Source: Verrucomicrobia bacterium UBA6982
GTDB taxonomy: Bacteria; Verrucomicrobiota; Kiritimatiellia; RFP12; UBA3636
Length of the DNA stretch: 51,379 nt
Assembly (NCBI GenBank): GCA_002448475.1
Contig: DJYI01000018.1
Coordinates: 7,519 to 58,897, forward strand
Direction: 5' to 3'
A program made the position numbers and the translations under genes. Numbering within the stretch: the stretch's first letter is position 1; every line of letters begins with the position of its first letter. Below are positions 15,811 to 25,088 of this stretch, piece by piece. The notes below the pieces were generated by a model. The model was given only the letters and a program-made list of their open reading frames with translations, was not told where the DNA came from and did no database searches.

Positions 15811-17052
15811 TTAGATTGCGAACATTCGGCGGGCGTTGCGGTAGCAGATGTTTTCGAGAAGGGGGCGAAGGAGCGCCGGGTCGTCGGGGAAGTCGCCGGC
15901 GGCGACTTTCCCGGCGACCCACTTGCAGAACGTGCGGCGGAACCAGCGGTGGCGCGCGAGCGAGAGAATCGAGCGCGAGTCGGTGGTCATGCCGATGAAG
16001 GTGGAGAGAACCCCGTAGGCGGCGGTCTTTTCAAGCACGTCGCGCACGCCGTGCGCATGGTCGCACCACCACCACGCCGGGCCGAGCTGGACATGCCCCG
16101 GCGAACCCTCCTTGGTGAAGGAACCAGAAAGCACCGCAAGCTGCGCATGGGCCTCCGGATTGAGCGTGAGGAGAATCGTGCGCGGAAGCGCGCCTTCGCG
16201 CTCCAGCGCATCGAGGAAGCGGGCGACGACGGCGGGATCGACCGGCGCGCGCATTGCGGCGTAGCCGCCGGCCGGGCCGGCGACAGCGCGCAGGCGCGCG
16301 GAAGTTTCGCGCAGCGCGCCGATGTGCAGCAGCATGGTCCAGCCATGCGCCGCGGCAAAGGCGGCCACGCGGAAAAGTCCCGGCGCTTCCGCGCCGGGCA
16401 CAGGACAGACCGCGCCGGACACTCCGTTCCGTGCCGCGCGCGGAACCGCGCGGTTCTCCCCGGCCTCGCCCGGAAGGGCGAGGCCGGACACATCGTCCAC
16501 CGAGATGTCCACCACACGGCAGCCGGCGGCGTGGAAGCGCTCCAGCGTTTTCTCCGGCACCGCGTCGCCGGCATTGAGGCGCAGGGAGGGAACAATGCGA
16601 GGTTTTGCACCCGGCGCGTCCGCGCCGGGTCGCGCTGCCATGCGCGAAACACCGCTCCCCGCCACGCACGGGCTCAGCACCTCGGCATTCACCTTGCGCA
16701 GAATGTCCGAAGGCCGCCACTTGGCCAGCGAAACATTCTCCGCGCCGTCGATGCCAAGCAAATCCAGCTCCTCCCTGGCCCAGTCGAAGAGCGGGTTGCC
16801 CACGAGCCTGGGGAGCGTGCGCTTCCAGGCGGCCCACTTCTCCGCCTCCGGCGCGTCGCCCGTGATCAATCGCTCCGGTTCGCCGCAGATGCGCATCGCG
16901 CGGTGCTTGTAGGGATCGGCCTTCACCCAGACCTCGTAGAGCGACCCCAGCGGCGCGTCTTCAGACAAGGCGCGGATGTCCAGATGGTTGTGCCAGTCAA
17001 CAAGCGGGAGATCGCTTGCGGCGGCGAACAGAGACTCAAAAGACGTTTTCAT
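15811..17052 (-). CDS. uxaC: Glucuronate (uronate) isomerase, divergent and shortened
   Basis: PLVDWHNHL, DPYKHRAMR..G, GNPLFDW, LHIGALR, QLGPAWWWCDH, GMTTDSRS.LS..RH..FRR, ICYRNA. Confidence 0.85.
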   Translation of the reverse strand: MKTSFESLFAAASDLPLVDWHNHLDIRALSEDAPLGSLYEVWVKADPYKHRAMRICGEPERLITGDAPEAEKWAAWKRTLPRLVGNPLFDWAREELDLLGIDGAENVSLAKWRPSDILRKVNAEVLSPCVAGSGVSRMAARPGADAPGAKPRIVPSLRLNAGDAVPEKTLERFHAAGCRVVDISVDDVSGLALPGEAGENRAVPRAARNGVSGAVCPVPGAEAPGLFRVAAFAAAHGWTMLLHIGALRETSARLRAVAGPAGGYAAMRAPVDPAVVARFLDALEREGALPRTILLTLNPEAHAQLAVLSGSFTKEGSPGHVQLGPAWWWCDHAHGVRDVLEKTAAYGVLSTFIGMTTDSRSILSLARHRWFRRTFCKWVAGKVAAGDFPDDPALLRPLLENICYRNARRMFAI

Positions 17053-17143
17053 GGGATCGCATGCAGGCAACGACAACGATGATACAACGGAACCTGATGA
17101 AAAGCATTCCATTTCGGAAGCAAATTTGATTCCGTTGAGGAAG

Positions 17144-17172
17144 TTGACATCGCCGGTGGCAAGCGGTAGTTT
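17144..17172 (+). promoter_or_regulatory. sigma70 promoter for the XylR-type regulator
   Basis: TTGACA (17144-17149), 17 bp, TAGTTT (17167-17172). Confidence 0.55.
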
Positions 17173-17217
17173 TTCCCGGCGGGGTCTGTGGGGCGCCAAA
17201 GGCCACCGGACAGGCAA

Positions 17218-18387
17218 ATGGACGCGATTCTCTACTTCCAGTCATCTGCAAAATGGAGCGCAGGCGGCAAGCTCGCCGGGGTGCGAGAAATCGCCGCGCC
17301 GTCGGCGATTCACGTGCAAGTGGTGGACAACGTGGCTCCCGACGCCGGGAGCGTCGCGGAACTCGCGGCGTTCTGGAAACCGCTGGGCGCGATAGTCGAT
17401 GCCGGATCGTTCGAGTGGCTGGACGCGACAGCGTTTTCGGCGCTGCCCACGGTATTCATAAGCGGAGACGCCTCGGCGCTGCCGCGAAACGCTCCGCTAG
17501 TCAGGCACGATTCCGCCGCCACGGCGCGGCTTGCGGCGCGAGAGCTGCTTGAAACCGGCAGTGCGGAACTGGCATTCGTTCCGAGCAGGGAGAGGCGGCA
17601 CTGGAGCGAGGAACGCGGCCATGCGTTCGAGCAGGCCGCCCGCCTCAACGGGCGCAAATGCCACACGATGCGCAGTCCTGAGAACGCGGGCGCCTACGAC
17701 GACCCCACGGTCTGGCAGCGCTCGCTTCGGGACTTCCTCCGCGCCTTGCCACGACCGTGCGGAATCTTCGCCGCCAACGACGCCACCGCCGCGGAAGTGC
17801 TCGCCGCCGCGCGCTTCGAAGGACTGGAAGTGCCCGGCGACCTGGCCGTGATCGGAGTGGACAACTTCGTGGAGACTTGCGAAAACACGGTGCCGACTCT
17901 TTCGTCCGTGGAACCAGATTTCCGAGCGGCCGGCCGGATGGCGGCGGCGAGGCTGCTGGACATGACACGAACGGGCGCGCGCCATTCAGCCGCAAGGAGC
18001 CTCTCGTTCGGACCGCTTGGGGTAGTCCGGCGCGCGTCCACGCGGCGCGTGGCCGCCAGCGACCGCCATGCGGCGCTAGCGCTGGAGAAGATCCGGCGCG
18101 AAGCCTGCTCCGGACTGCGCGCGCGGGACGTGGCGAGCCTTTTTCCGTGTTCGCGGCGCATGGCCGACGCCCGCTTCCGGAAAGCCGCGGGGCGCAGCAT
18201 TCTCGAGGAAATACACGCGGTTCGGCTGGAAGCCGCGAAACGGCTTCTCGTGCAGAGCGACATGCCGCTCAAGGCGATTTCGGACTTCTGCGGATTCGAG
18301 AACCCGAATTCCATGCGCAAGTTCTTCCGCCGGGAAACCGGAGCCGCCATGCGCGTCTGGCGCGCAAAAGCCCGCAAATCGCCATAG
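17218..18387 (+). CDS. XylR-type regulator (PBP ligand domain plus C-terminal AraC HTH)
   Basis: LPRPCGIFAAND...VPGDLAVIGVDN...PTLSSV; C-terminal RLEAAKRLL...ISDFCGF. Divergent from uxaC. Confidence 0.9.
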   Translation: MDAILYFQSSAKWSAGGKLAGVREIAAPSAIHVQVVDNVAPDAGSVAELAAFWKPLGAIVDAGSFEWLDATAFSALPTVFISGDASALPRNAPLVRHDSAATARLAARELLETGSAELAFVPSRERRHWSEERGHAFEQAARLNGRKCHTMRSPENAGAYDDPTVWQRSLRDFLRALPRPCGIFAANDATAAEVLAAARFEGLEVPGDLAVIGVDNFVETCENTVPTLSSVEPDFRAAGRMAAARLLDMTRTGARHSAARSLSFGPLGVVRRASTRRVAASDRHAALALEKIRREACSGLRARDVASLFPCSRRMADARFRKAAGRSILEEIHAVRLEAAKRLLVQSDMPLKAISDFCGFENPNSMRKFFRRETGAAMRVWRAKARKSP

Positions 18388-18410
18388 CCGAACGCAAAAC
18401 GACGCGGAGC

Positions 18411-19613
18411 CTACACCGACTCGAACCCAACGGCGCCGGACAGCGCCGAGAGCAAATCGGTCACGGGAACAGGGCGCACGACGGCGCGGCCGACCGATTC
18501 AAGAAACACAAAATTCACTGCGGACCCGGCCCGCTTCTTGTCGGAGAGCATGGCATCGCAGATTGCGTGTAGTCCGCCATCGATCGCAGGCACGTCGGAC
18601 AGGCGCGAAGGCAGCGAAAGACGGCGAAGGAGGCTTTCAACGCGCAGGGCTGTTCCAGACTCCGTCACTCCGGAGGCCTCCCCCATCCTGGCGGCGGCGA
18701 CCATGCCCACGGCGACGGCCTCGCCGTGGGCCACGACACCGTATCCGAGCGACTTCTCGACCGCGTGCCCGACGGTGTGCCCGAAGTTGAGCAGCATGCG
18801 CAGACCGCCTTCGCGCTCGTCGCGCGACACGACGTCGGCCTTCATGGCGGCGCACGTGCGGACCACGCGCTCCATGTCCTCTGGCGCCATCGGCCCTTCA
18901 GGAGGAAGTGTTTCAAGCCACGCGAAGAAGTCAGCGTCTAGAATGCAGCCGCATTTCACGACCTCCGCCATGCCCTGGCGCAATTCCCGAGGCGGCAGCG
19001 TCCGCAAAAGAAGCGGATCCTCAAGCACGGCGACCGGCTGGTGAAACGCTCCCGCTAAGTTTTTCCCGAAAGGCAGATCAATCGCCGTCTTGCCGCCGAT
19101 GGCCGAATCCACAAACGCCAGAAGCGACGTTGGGACCTGAAGCACCGCAACGCCGCGCATCCACGTGGCGGCGGCGAAGCCGGCAAGATCGCCGACGACG
19201 CCTCCGCCAAGCGCCACCACGAGATCCGAGCGCGTCAGCCCCGAGTCGTGCATGGCCGACCAAAGCGCGGAAAGCGACGCAAGATTCTTGCTGGACTCAC
19301 CAGCCGGCACGACGTGCGACGCCGTCCGGAACCCGGCCGCGTCGAGCGACGCGCGCGCGGCCGCGAGATGCAGCGGCGCGACATTGGAGTCCGTGACAAC
19401 AAGCGCAGACCGGCCGCGGACGCGCTCGGCCGCCACAGAGCCGAGGTCGGCCATGGAGCCGGCGCGGACAAGCACCGGATAGGAGCCGCCCTGGGTTCGG
19501 ACGATAATTGGGCTAGTGTCGTTTTTCAAGGCGCGGTTCCCTGTGTGGTGGTGTTGAAAGCTGAAGCGCGACGTGATGGGGAGCGGATGAGGTGGCGGCG
19601 GTGCAGACTTCAC
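18411..19613 (-). CDS. aroB: 3-dehydroquinate synthase (true start probably nearer 19529)
   Basis: GESSK, ALGGGVVGDLAGF, PTSLLA.VDSAIGGKTA, KNLAGAFHQP, LNFGHTVGHA, HGEAVAVGM. Confidence 0.95.
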   Translation of the reverse strand: MKSAPPPPHPLPITSRFSFQHHHTGNRALKNDTSPIIVRTQGGSYPVLVRAGSMADLGSVAAERVRGRSALVVTDSNVAPLHLAAARASLDAAGFRTASHVVPAGESSKNLASLSALWSAMHDSGLTRSDLVVALGGGVVGDLAGFAAATWMRGVAVLQVPTSLLAFVDSAIGGKTAIDLPFGKNLAGAFHQPVAVLEDPLLLRTLPPRELRQGMAEVVKCGCILDADFFAWLETLPPEGPMAPEDMERVVRTCAAMKADVVSRDEREGGLRMLLNFGHTVGHAVEKSLGYGVVAHGEAVAVGMVAAARMGEASGVTESGTALRVESLLRRLSLPSRLSDVPAIDGGLHAICDAMLSDKKRAGSAVNFVFLESVGRAVVRPVPVTDLLSALSGAVGFESV

Positions 19614-22090
19614 AAAAGGCCGCCGCGCTCCGTGGCGAGCGATTCATCCCAGAACCGAGGAGGCTTGTCTCCGCCAGCGATGGCGGATATGGCCTTGGTG
19701 GTTATCTGCTTGCCGCGCGCCTTGACGCCCTTCACCGCGACCTCCTGCTCGGGTGAGAGCTTCTTCTGAAGAATTCGCTGCCCCTTGGCGGGACGGAACT
19801 TAATCCAGATCGTGGACGGCGTTCCAGGCTCGAGCAGACGGACAGTTCCGGGTTCGGGCAGAATGCTGTAATCCTTGTTCTGGATGACGCCGCCGAATGA
19901 AAAGCGCTTGATGCAGCTGAATGGAATTTCCTTCTCCGTGTAAACGCAGGTCCAGACCTGGTCGCGGTCGAAGACGCGCGCCAGCATCAGATCCTTGTCA
20001 ACGAACAACTTCTCCTTTTCGGGCGCTGGCACGACCTTGTAGCGGCCGTCGCCCCAGACGAGCAGAAGCTTGTCCGTGGAGGAGCATGTGAACATCGGCT
20101 CAAAGCCGCGCATGGCGTTGCCGAGAAATCCCGTTTCCGGATCGTAGCATATCTCCAGCTTCGTCGCAGTGACGGCCCGCACGTCGATCGTCTCGAACGC
20201 GCCGATCTGCGTAAGGCGCGGGAACTGCGGCACTGTGACGGTCTTGAACTTTCGTCTGCCCTTCTTCGGCTTGGCGGCGGCGTCCTTGCCGCCCTTCTTC
20301 CCGGAACCCGGAGACGAGGACGCGGCGGCAGGCTCCACCTCGACCTCGACCTCGTGGAATTCGTATTTTTTGATCAGATTTTCGAGATACCGCACCGTGT
20401 ATTTGCGCAATTGACCGAGGTTTTTGCGCGTTTCGGCAAGGTCCCTGAGGATGCCTTCAATCTCCTCGCGGTTCTTGTTGATGTCGAAAAGCGAAATGCG
20501 CCTGATCGGAACGGCAAGGAGCATGTCAATGTCCGGTTCCGAAAGCGGACGCACGAGGCGGTCGGCGAAAGGCTCAAAGCCCTGGCGAATCTCCGCGCGC
20601 ACGGCCTCGGCGGTTGTGGCCTTTTCGATCCGCTTGTAAATGCGCTCCTCGACGAATATCTGCACGAGCGTCTTGCGGTGCTGCTCGTCAAGCAGTTCCT
20701 GCTCGCGGATTTCCAATTCGCGCTTGTTGAGGGCGAGGAGCTGGTCAACATTGGCGCGCAGGACATGCGACACCGTAGTCTGGACCGGACGGTTGTTCTC
20801 CAGAACCGTGAGATTTGCCGAGAGCGAACATTCGCAGTTTGTGGCCGCGTAGAGCTGCTTGATCGCCTTCTGCGGATCAGTGCCTGGCTGAAGCGTGAGA
20901 ATGATCTCGGCGTGGTCGCTCGTGCCGTCGTGGATGTTCTTGACCGGCACCTTCTTGGCGCGGGCGGCGTTTTCAATCGATGCGATCAGAGTTTCGGTCG
21001 TCTGGCCGTAGGGCAGCTCCGTCACCACCACCTGCTTCTGTCCGCGCTCCTCGCGGGTCGCGAACTTCGCGCGAACCCTGATCTTGCCGTTGCCGTCCTC
21101 GTAGCCGGAGCAGTCGGCGAGACCGCCAGTCGGAAAGTCCGGGAGCACGACCGGGGGCGGCGCCTTCGGATTCTTAACGATCTCGATCTCGGCCCGGAGC
21201 AGTTCGATGAAGTTGTGAGGCAGGATGAACGTGGCCATGCCGACGGCGATGCCGTTTGCGCCAAGCATCAGCAGCAGGGGCAGCTTGCTCGGAAGCAGCA
21301 CCGGCTCCTGATTGCGCCCGTCGTAGCTCGGAATGTAGGTCGTGGTCTTCTTGTTGAAGATTTCCTCCCGCGCCAGATCCGTGAGACGGCATTCGATGTA
21401 ACGCGGCGCCGCGGCCTCGTCGCCCGTGTAGATGTTGCCGAAGTTGCCCTGCCCCTCGATGAGGTAGCGCTTGTTCGCCAGATTCACGAGCGCGCCGTAG
21501 ATCGAGGCGTCGCCGTGGGGGTGGTAGAACATCGTGCGCCCGACGACCGTGGCCACCTTCACGAAGCGACCGTCGTCCATCTCGGAAAGCGTGTGCAGAA
21601 TGCGGCGCTGAACTGGCTTTAGGCCGTCCTCAACCGTCGGAATGGCGCGGTCGCATATCGCGTAGGAGGCAAACTGCAGAAAGTTGTCGTCCATCACCCG
21701 CGCCAGCGGCCCGCCGTCGCGCGGCGAGGAAGGAGCTTCGACGGGCGGGGATGGCGGATCAGGGGGATCCTGCCGCGACGGCGGTTCGGTTGCGGCGCCA
21801 GCCGAGTCTGGAGGCGGGGCGACAGGCGGCTCGCCTGGAGCGTCCGCCGCTGCGGGCTGCTCGTCCGCCGCCGCGGGCTGCGCCGCTGGCTGCGCTGGCG
21901 GCGCGGGCGCCGCCGCGGGCTGCGCGGTGGGCGGCGCGCCGGCGCCATCAGGCTGACTCGCGTCGCCGGATACCGGAGACGCGCCGACGGACGGCAGAGG
22001 CAGCGGGGTGTCGTCCCAGAAAAGCGGCAGGTCGCGCTGGGGCGGAAGATCGCCGCCGGGAAGAGGGGAGTTGCTTCTCTTCGCGCTCAT
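19610..22090 (-). CDS. parC: DNA topoisomerase IV subunit A (GyrA/ParC family) with Pro/Ala-rich N-terminal extension
   Basis: RAIPTVEDGLKPVQRRIL, YHPHGDASI, AAAPRYIE (catalytic Tyr); short C-terminal domain without a canonical GyrA box. Confidence 0.85.
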   Translation of the reverse strand: MSAKRSNSPLPGGDLPPQRDLPLFWDDTPLPLPSVGASPVSGDASQPDGAGAPPTAQPAAAPAPPAQPAAQPAAADEQPAAADAPGEPPVAPPPDSAGAATEPPSRQDPPDPPSPPVEAPSSPRDGGPLARVMDDNFLQFASYAICDRAIPTVEDGLKPVQRRILHTLSEMDDGRFVKVATVVGRTMFYHPHGDASIYGALVNLANKRYLIEGQGNFGNIYTGDEAAAPRYIECRLTDLAREEIFNKKTTTYIPSYDGRNQEPVLLPSKLPLLLMLGANGIAVGMATFILPHNFIELLRAEIEIVKNPKAPPPVVLPDFPTGGLADCSGYEDGNGKIRVRAKFATREERGQKQVVVTELPYGQTTETLIASIENAARAKKVPVKNIHDGTSDHAEIILTLQPGTDPQKAIKQLYAATNCECSLSANLTVLENNRPVQTTVSHVLRANVDQLLALNKRELEIREQELLDEQHRKTLVQIFVEERIYKRIEKATTAEAVRAEIRQGFEPFADRLVRPLSEPDIDMLLAVPIRRISLFDINKNREEIEGILRDLAETRKNLGQLRKYTVRYLENLIKKYEFHEVEVEVEPAAASSSPGSGKKGGKDAAAKPKKGRRKFKTVTVPQFPRLTQIGAFETIDVRAVTATKLEICYDPETGFLGNAMRGFEPMFTCSSTDKLLLVWGDGRYKVVPAPEKEKLFVDKDLMLARVFDRDQVWTCVYTEKEIPFSCIKRFSFGGVIQNKDYSILPEPGTVRLLEPGTPSTIWIKFRPAKGQRILQKKLSPEQEVAVKGVKARGKQITTKAISAIAGGDKPPRFWDESLATERGGLL

Positions 22091-23916
22091 GCCATGTCCT
22101 CCGGATCGACGACGAGATTGTCGAGGATGTATTGCTTGCGCTCTCTGGAGTTTTCGCCCATGTAGAACTGGATGGTGTCCTGAACGTGCCGGTCGTGGGA
22201 AACGTCAACTGGAGTGAGGCGCATAGCCTCGCCGATGAACGCCTTGAACTCGTCCTTCGAGACCTCTCCGAGGCCCTTGAAGCGGGTAATCTCGGCGCCC
22301 TTTCCGACAGCGGCCACGGCCGCGTCGCGTTCCGCTTCGTTGTAGCAATAAACGTTCTGATCTGCGTTTTTGCGATTGGACGGCCTGACGCGGAAAAGAG
22401 GCGTTTCGAGGATGAACACCCTGCCCTCGCGCACAAGCCTGTCGAAAAAGCGCAGGAAGTAGGTGATCATGAGATTGCGAATGTGGAGGCCGTCCACATC
22501 CGCATCGGTCGCTATGATCACGCGCTCGTAGCGCAGGTTGTCAACGCTGTCGCCTATGTCGAGCGCGCACATGAGGTTGTAGAGCTCCTCGTTCTTGTAG
22601 AGAACGTCGCGCTTCGTGGCCACGGTGTTGAGCGGCTTGCCGCGCAGCATGAACACCGCCTGCCTGTCCGCGTTTCGCGAAAGAGTGAGCGTTCCGCCGG
22701 CCGATTTGCCCTCCACGATGAATATCTCGGTGCCCAGCCCCTTCTGGCGCTTGGCGTCGTAGTGCTGCTTGCAGTCGCGAAGCTGTGGAATCCTGATGGA
22801 CACGCTCTTGCTGCGCTCGCGGGCGGCCTTTTTGACGGAATTCAGCTCCTTGCGAAGCTTTTGGGTCTCCTCGATCTTCTCGACGAGCTTGCGCGCGGCG
22901 TCCGGGTTGCGGTTTAGCTCCTCCACAACGATCTGCCGTATGCGAGGCACTAGATCCTTGACTTCCAGGCTTACGAGCTTGTTCTTTGTCTGCGACTCGA
23001 ACTTCGGATCCTGCATCCTGATCGCGACCGCGCCGACGATCCCCTCGCGGATGTCGTCGGGATCGAACTTCGACTTCGGACTGAACTCGTTGAGTCCGCG
23101 GGCCACCCCCTCGCGAAACGCCGCAAGGTGAGTGCCGCCGTCTCCGGTGAACTGGCCGTTCACGAACGAGAAGTAATCCTCGCCGAAGCGATTCGTGTGC
23201 GTGAAGCAGAACTCCAGATCCTTTTCGCGATGGTAGATCGGCTTGTAGATCTTCTCGAACTGCGCCTCGTCGGCGAGCAGATCCTGCAGCCCGTTCTCCG
23301 AACGATACGGGTGGCCGTTGAGATAGATGGAGAGACCGGGATTGAGGTAGGAGGAGAAGCGAACGCGGCGCTCCACGAACTCCTGGCGGAAGCGATAGCC
23401 CTTGAAGATCGTGTCGTCGGGGGTGAACGAGACGAACGTGCCATTGCGCTCCTCGGTGTCGCCAGACGTCTCGTTCACCAGAAGCCCGCGCTCGAACTCG
23501 ACCTGCGCGAACTTTCCGTCGCGGACGGAACGGGCGAGGAATCTGGAGGACAGGGCGTTGACGGCCTTGGTGCCGACGCCGTTCATGCCGACGGAATACT
23601 GGAACACGTCGTTGTTGAACTTGCCGCCGGTGTTGAGCTCGCTCACGCAGTCGCGCAGCTTTCCCAGCGGGATGCCGCGCCCGTAGTCGCGGCAGGACAC
23701 GTCCTTCTCGGTGACAGTCAGCTCGACCTTGCGGCCGTAGCCGGAGATGTATTCGTCGATCGCGTTGTCAAAGACCTCCTTGAGGAGGATGTAGATGCCG
23801 TCCATGTAGTCGGAGCCGTCGCCTTCTCGTCCGATATACATTCCGGACCTGAGGCGAATGTGCTCCAGACCCTTGAGCGTCTGGATGGCCGATTCGTCGT
23901 ATGCTTTTGGTGACAT
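22087..23916 (-). CDS. parE: DNA topoisomerase IV subunit B (GyrB/ParE family)
   Basis: EHIRLRSGMYIG, EVFDNAIDE, DYGRGIP, VEGKSAGG, LRGKPLN, ATDADVDG, RFKGLGE. Confidence 0.9.
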   Translation of the reverse strand: MSPKAYDESAIQTLKGLEHIRLRSGMYIGREGDGSDYMDGIYILLKEVFDNAIDEYISGYGRKVELTVTEKDVSCRDYGRGIPLGKLRDCVSELNTGGKFNNDVFQYSVGMNGVGTKAVNALSSRFLARSVRDGKFAQVEFERGLLVNETSGDTEERNGTFVSFTPDDTIFKGYRFRQEFVERRVRFSSYLNPGLSIYLNGHPYRSENGLQDLLADEAQFEKIYKPIYHREKDLEFCFTHTNRFGEDYFSFVNGQFTGDGGTHLAAFREGVARGLNEFSPKSKFDPDDIREGIVGAVAIRMQDPKFESQTKNKLVSLEVKDLVPRIRQIVVEELNRNPDAARKLVEKIEETQKLRKELNSVKKAARERSKSVSIRIPQLRDCKQHYDAKRQKGLGTEIFIVEGKSAGGTLTLSRNADRQAVFMLRGKPLNTVATKRDVLYKNEELYNLMCALDIGDSVDNLRYERVIIATDADVDGLHIRNLMITYFLRFFDRLVREGRVFILETPLFRVRPSNRKNADQNVYCYNEAERDAAVAAVGKGAEITRFKGLGEVSKDEFKAFIGEAMRLTPVDVSHDRHVQDTIQFYMGENSRERKQYILDNLVVDPEDMA

Positions 23917-24003
23917 GGAAAAACGAAAAAAAATTGGAAAAAGCCCGGCGTCAACCGGGAAATGGAAAATACAGCCGCCGCCGTCAGAGGCGGCGTGGCG
24001 CGC

Positions 24004-24032
24004 ATCATACCATGAACCGGGCCGCTTTGCAA
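24004..24032 (-). promoter_or_regulatory. sigma70 promoter of the parE-parC-aroB operon
   Basis: TTGCAA (24032-24027), 17 bp, TATGAT (24009-24004) preceded by TGn. Confidence 0.6.
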
Positions 24033-24242
24033 AAACTGGGGCGACAAAGTGGCGAACATCGGATTTTTGCCTTGAATGGCGGATTCTTGTGTGATAAGGT
24101 TGCGCCCGTCAACATGGCAATGGTCATGTTGCGGGGGGGCTGCGGCGGGAGGTCGCGGGCGACTTGCCGAAGTGGCCGGCCGATGCCTCGACTTAAGTCT
24201 TTGAATTCGGAATTTGGGCGACAATCGTCCTGAAAAAACGCA

Positions 24243-25082
24243 ATGTACGCAATTCTTGTTTCCATCGTAGTTTCCGCCTCTTTCGGCGGATTTCTCGCCG
24301 CGACCGGCGCCGCCCGGCCAGTTTGGGTCGGAGTCTGGGCCGTTCTGGCCTTTTTTGTCTCGATGACCGCCATCGGATGGATTGTCCGCCGGCGCGTGGC
24401 AAAGGTAATGAATTCGATTCAGGACAAGCTGATGGCCGGGCAAAAGGCCATGCAGGCGCAGATCTCGGCATGGCAGGCGCGTCCCAAGGGCGATCCCAGG
24501 GCGTTCATGGAGACAATCCAGAAGAAGCAGTCCGCCCTTGCCCACGAGGCTCTGGACATGACACGCGCCCTGGATCCATTCCGCCACTGGGTGCCGCTCA
24601 TGCAGCGGCAGATCAACACCACGCGGATGCAGTTCTGGTATCAGCTCAAGCGCTTTGACAAGGTTGACGAACTTCTGCCGCACTGTCTCGTGCTTGATCC
24701 CTTTTCCGCGTCAATGAAACTTGCGCGGCTGCATGCAAAAGGCGCCGACTTGCAGGAGCTGGAGAAGACCTATCGCAAGGCGCGCGCCCGTCTCCGCTAC
24801 AACCAGAGCGCGCTGCTTTCGGCCGTGATGTCGTGGATCTACGTGCGCCGCGACCGCGTTGACGCCGCCTACGAACTTCTGGAGCGGGCCTGTCGCGACA
24901 ACAATGTTGACGAGGAGCCGAACGCCGCGCTTGCGCGCAACCGCGACGCACTCGCGAACAACCGCGTCAGGCAGTTCTCCAACGCGTCGTTCGGCGACGC
25001 CTGGTATTCTCTGCTCCTCGAAGAACCGCGCATGCGCATTGAGCGCCGCCCGCCTCCGGGACGGTTCGGCAAATTCGGCTAG
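24243..25082 (+). CDS. Hypothetical membrane protein (2 N-terminal TM helices, helical/TPR-like C-terminal region)
   Basis: Two hydrophobic segments followed by a helical soluble region; coding-like composition. Confidence 0.7.
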   Translation: MYAILVSIVVSASFGGFLAATGAARPVWVGVWAVLAFFVSMTAIGWIVRRRVAKVMNSIQDKLMAGQKAMQAQISAWQARPKGDPRAFMETIQKKQSALAHEALDMTRALDPFRHWVPLMQRQINTTRMQFWYQLKRFDKVDELLPHCLVLDPFSASMKLARLHAKGADLQELEKTYRKARARLRYNQSALLSAVMSWIYVRRDRVDAAYELLERACRDNNVDEEPNAALARNRDALANNRVRQFSNASFGDAWYSLLLEEPRMRIERRPPPGRFGKFG

Positions 25083-25088
25083 CCAGGA

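Noticed and set aside
19610-23916. DNA gyrase gyrA/gyrB
   Set aside because: The short B subunit and A subunit without a canonical GyrA box fit topoisomerase IV better. Not tested by phylogeny.
23917-24242. Structured ncRNA or riboswitch in the parE leader
   Set aside because: Only one short GC hairpin (about 23977-23996) and promoter motifs; no recognisable family.
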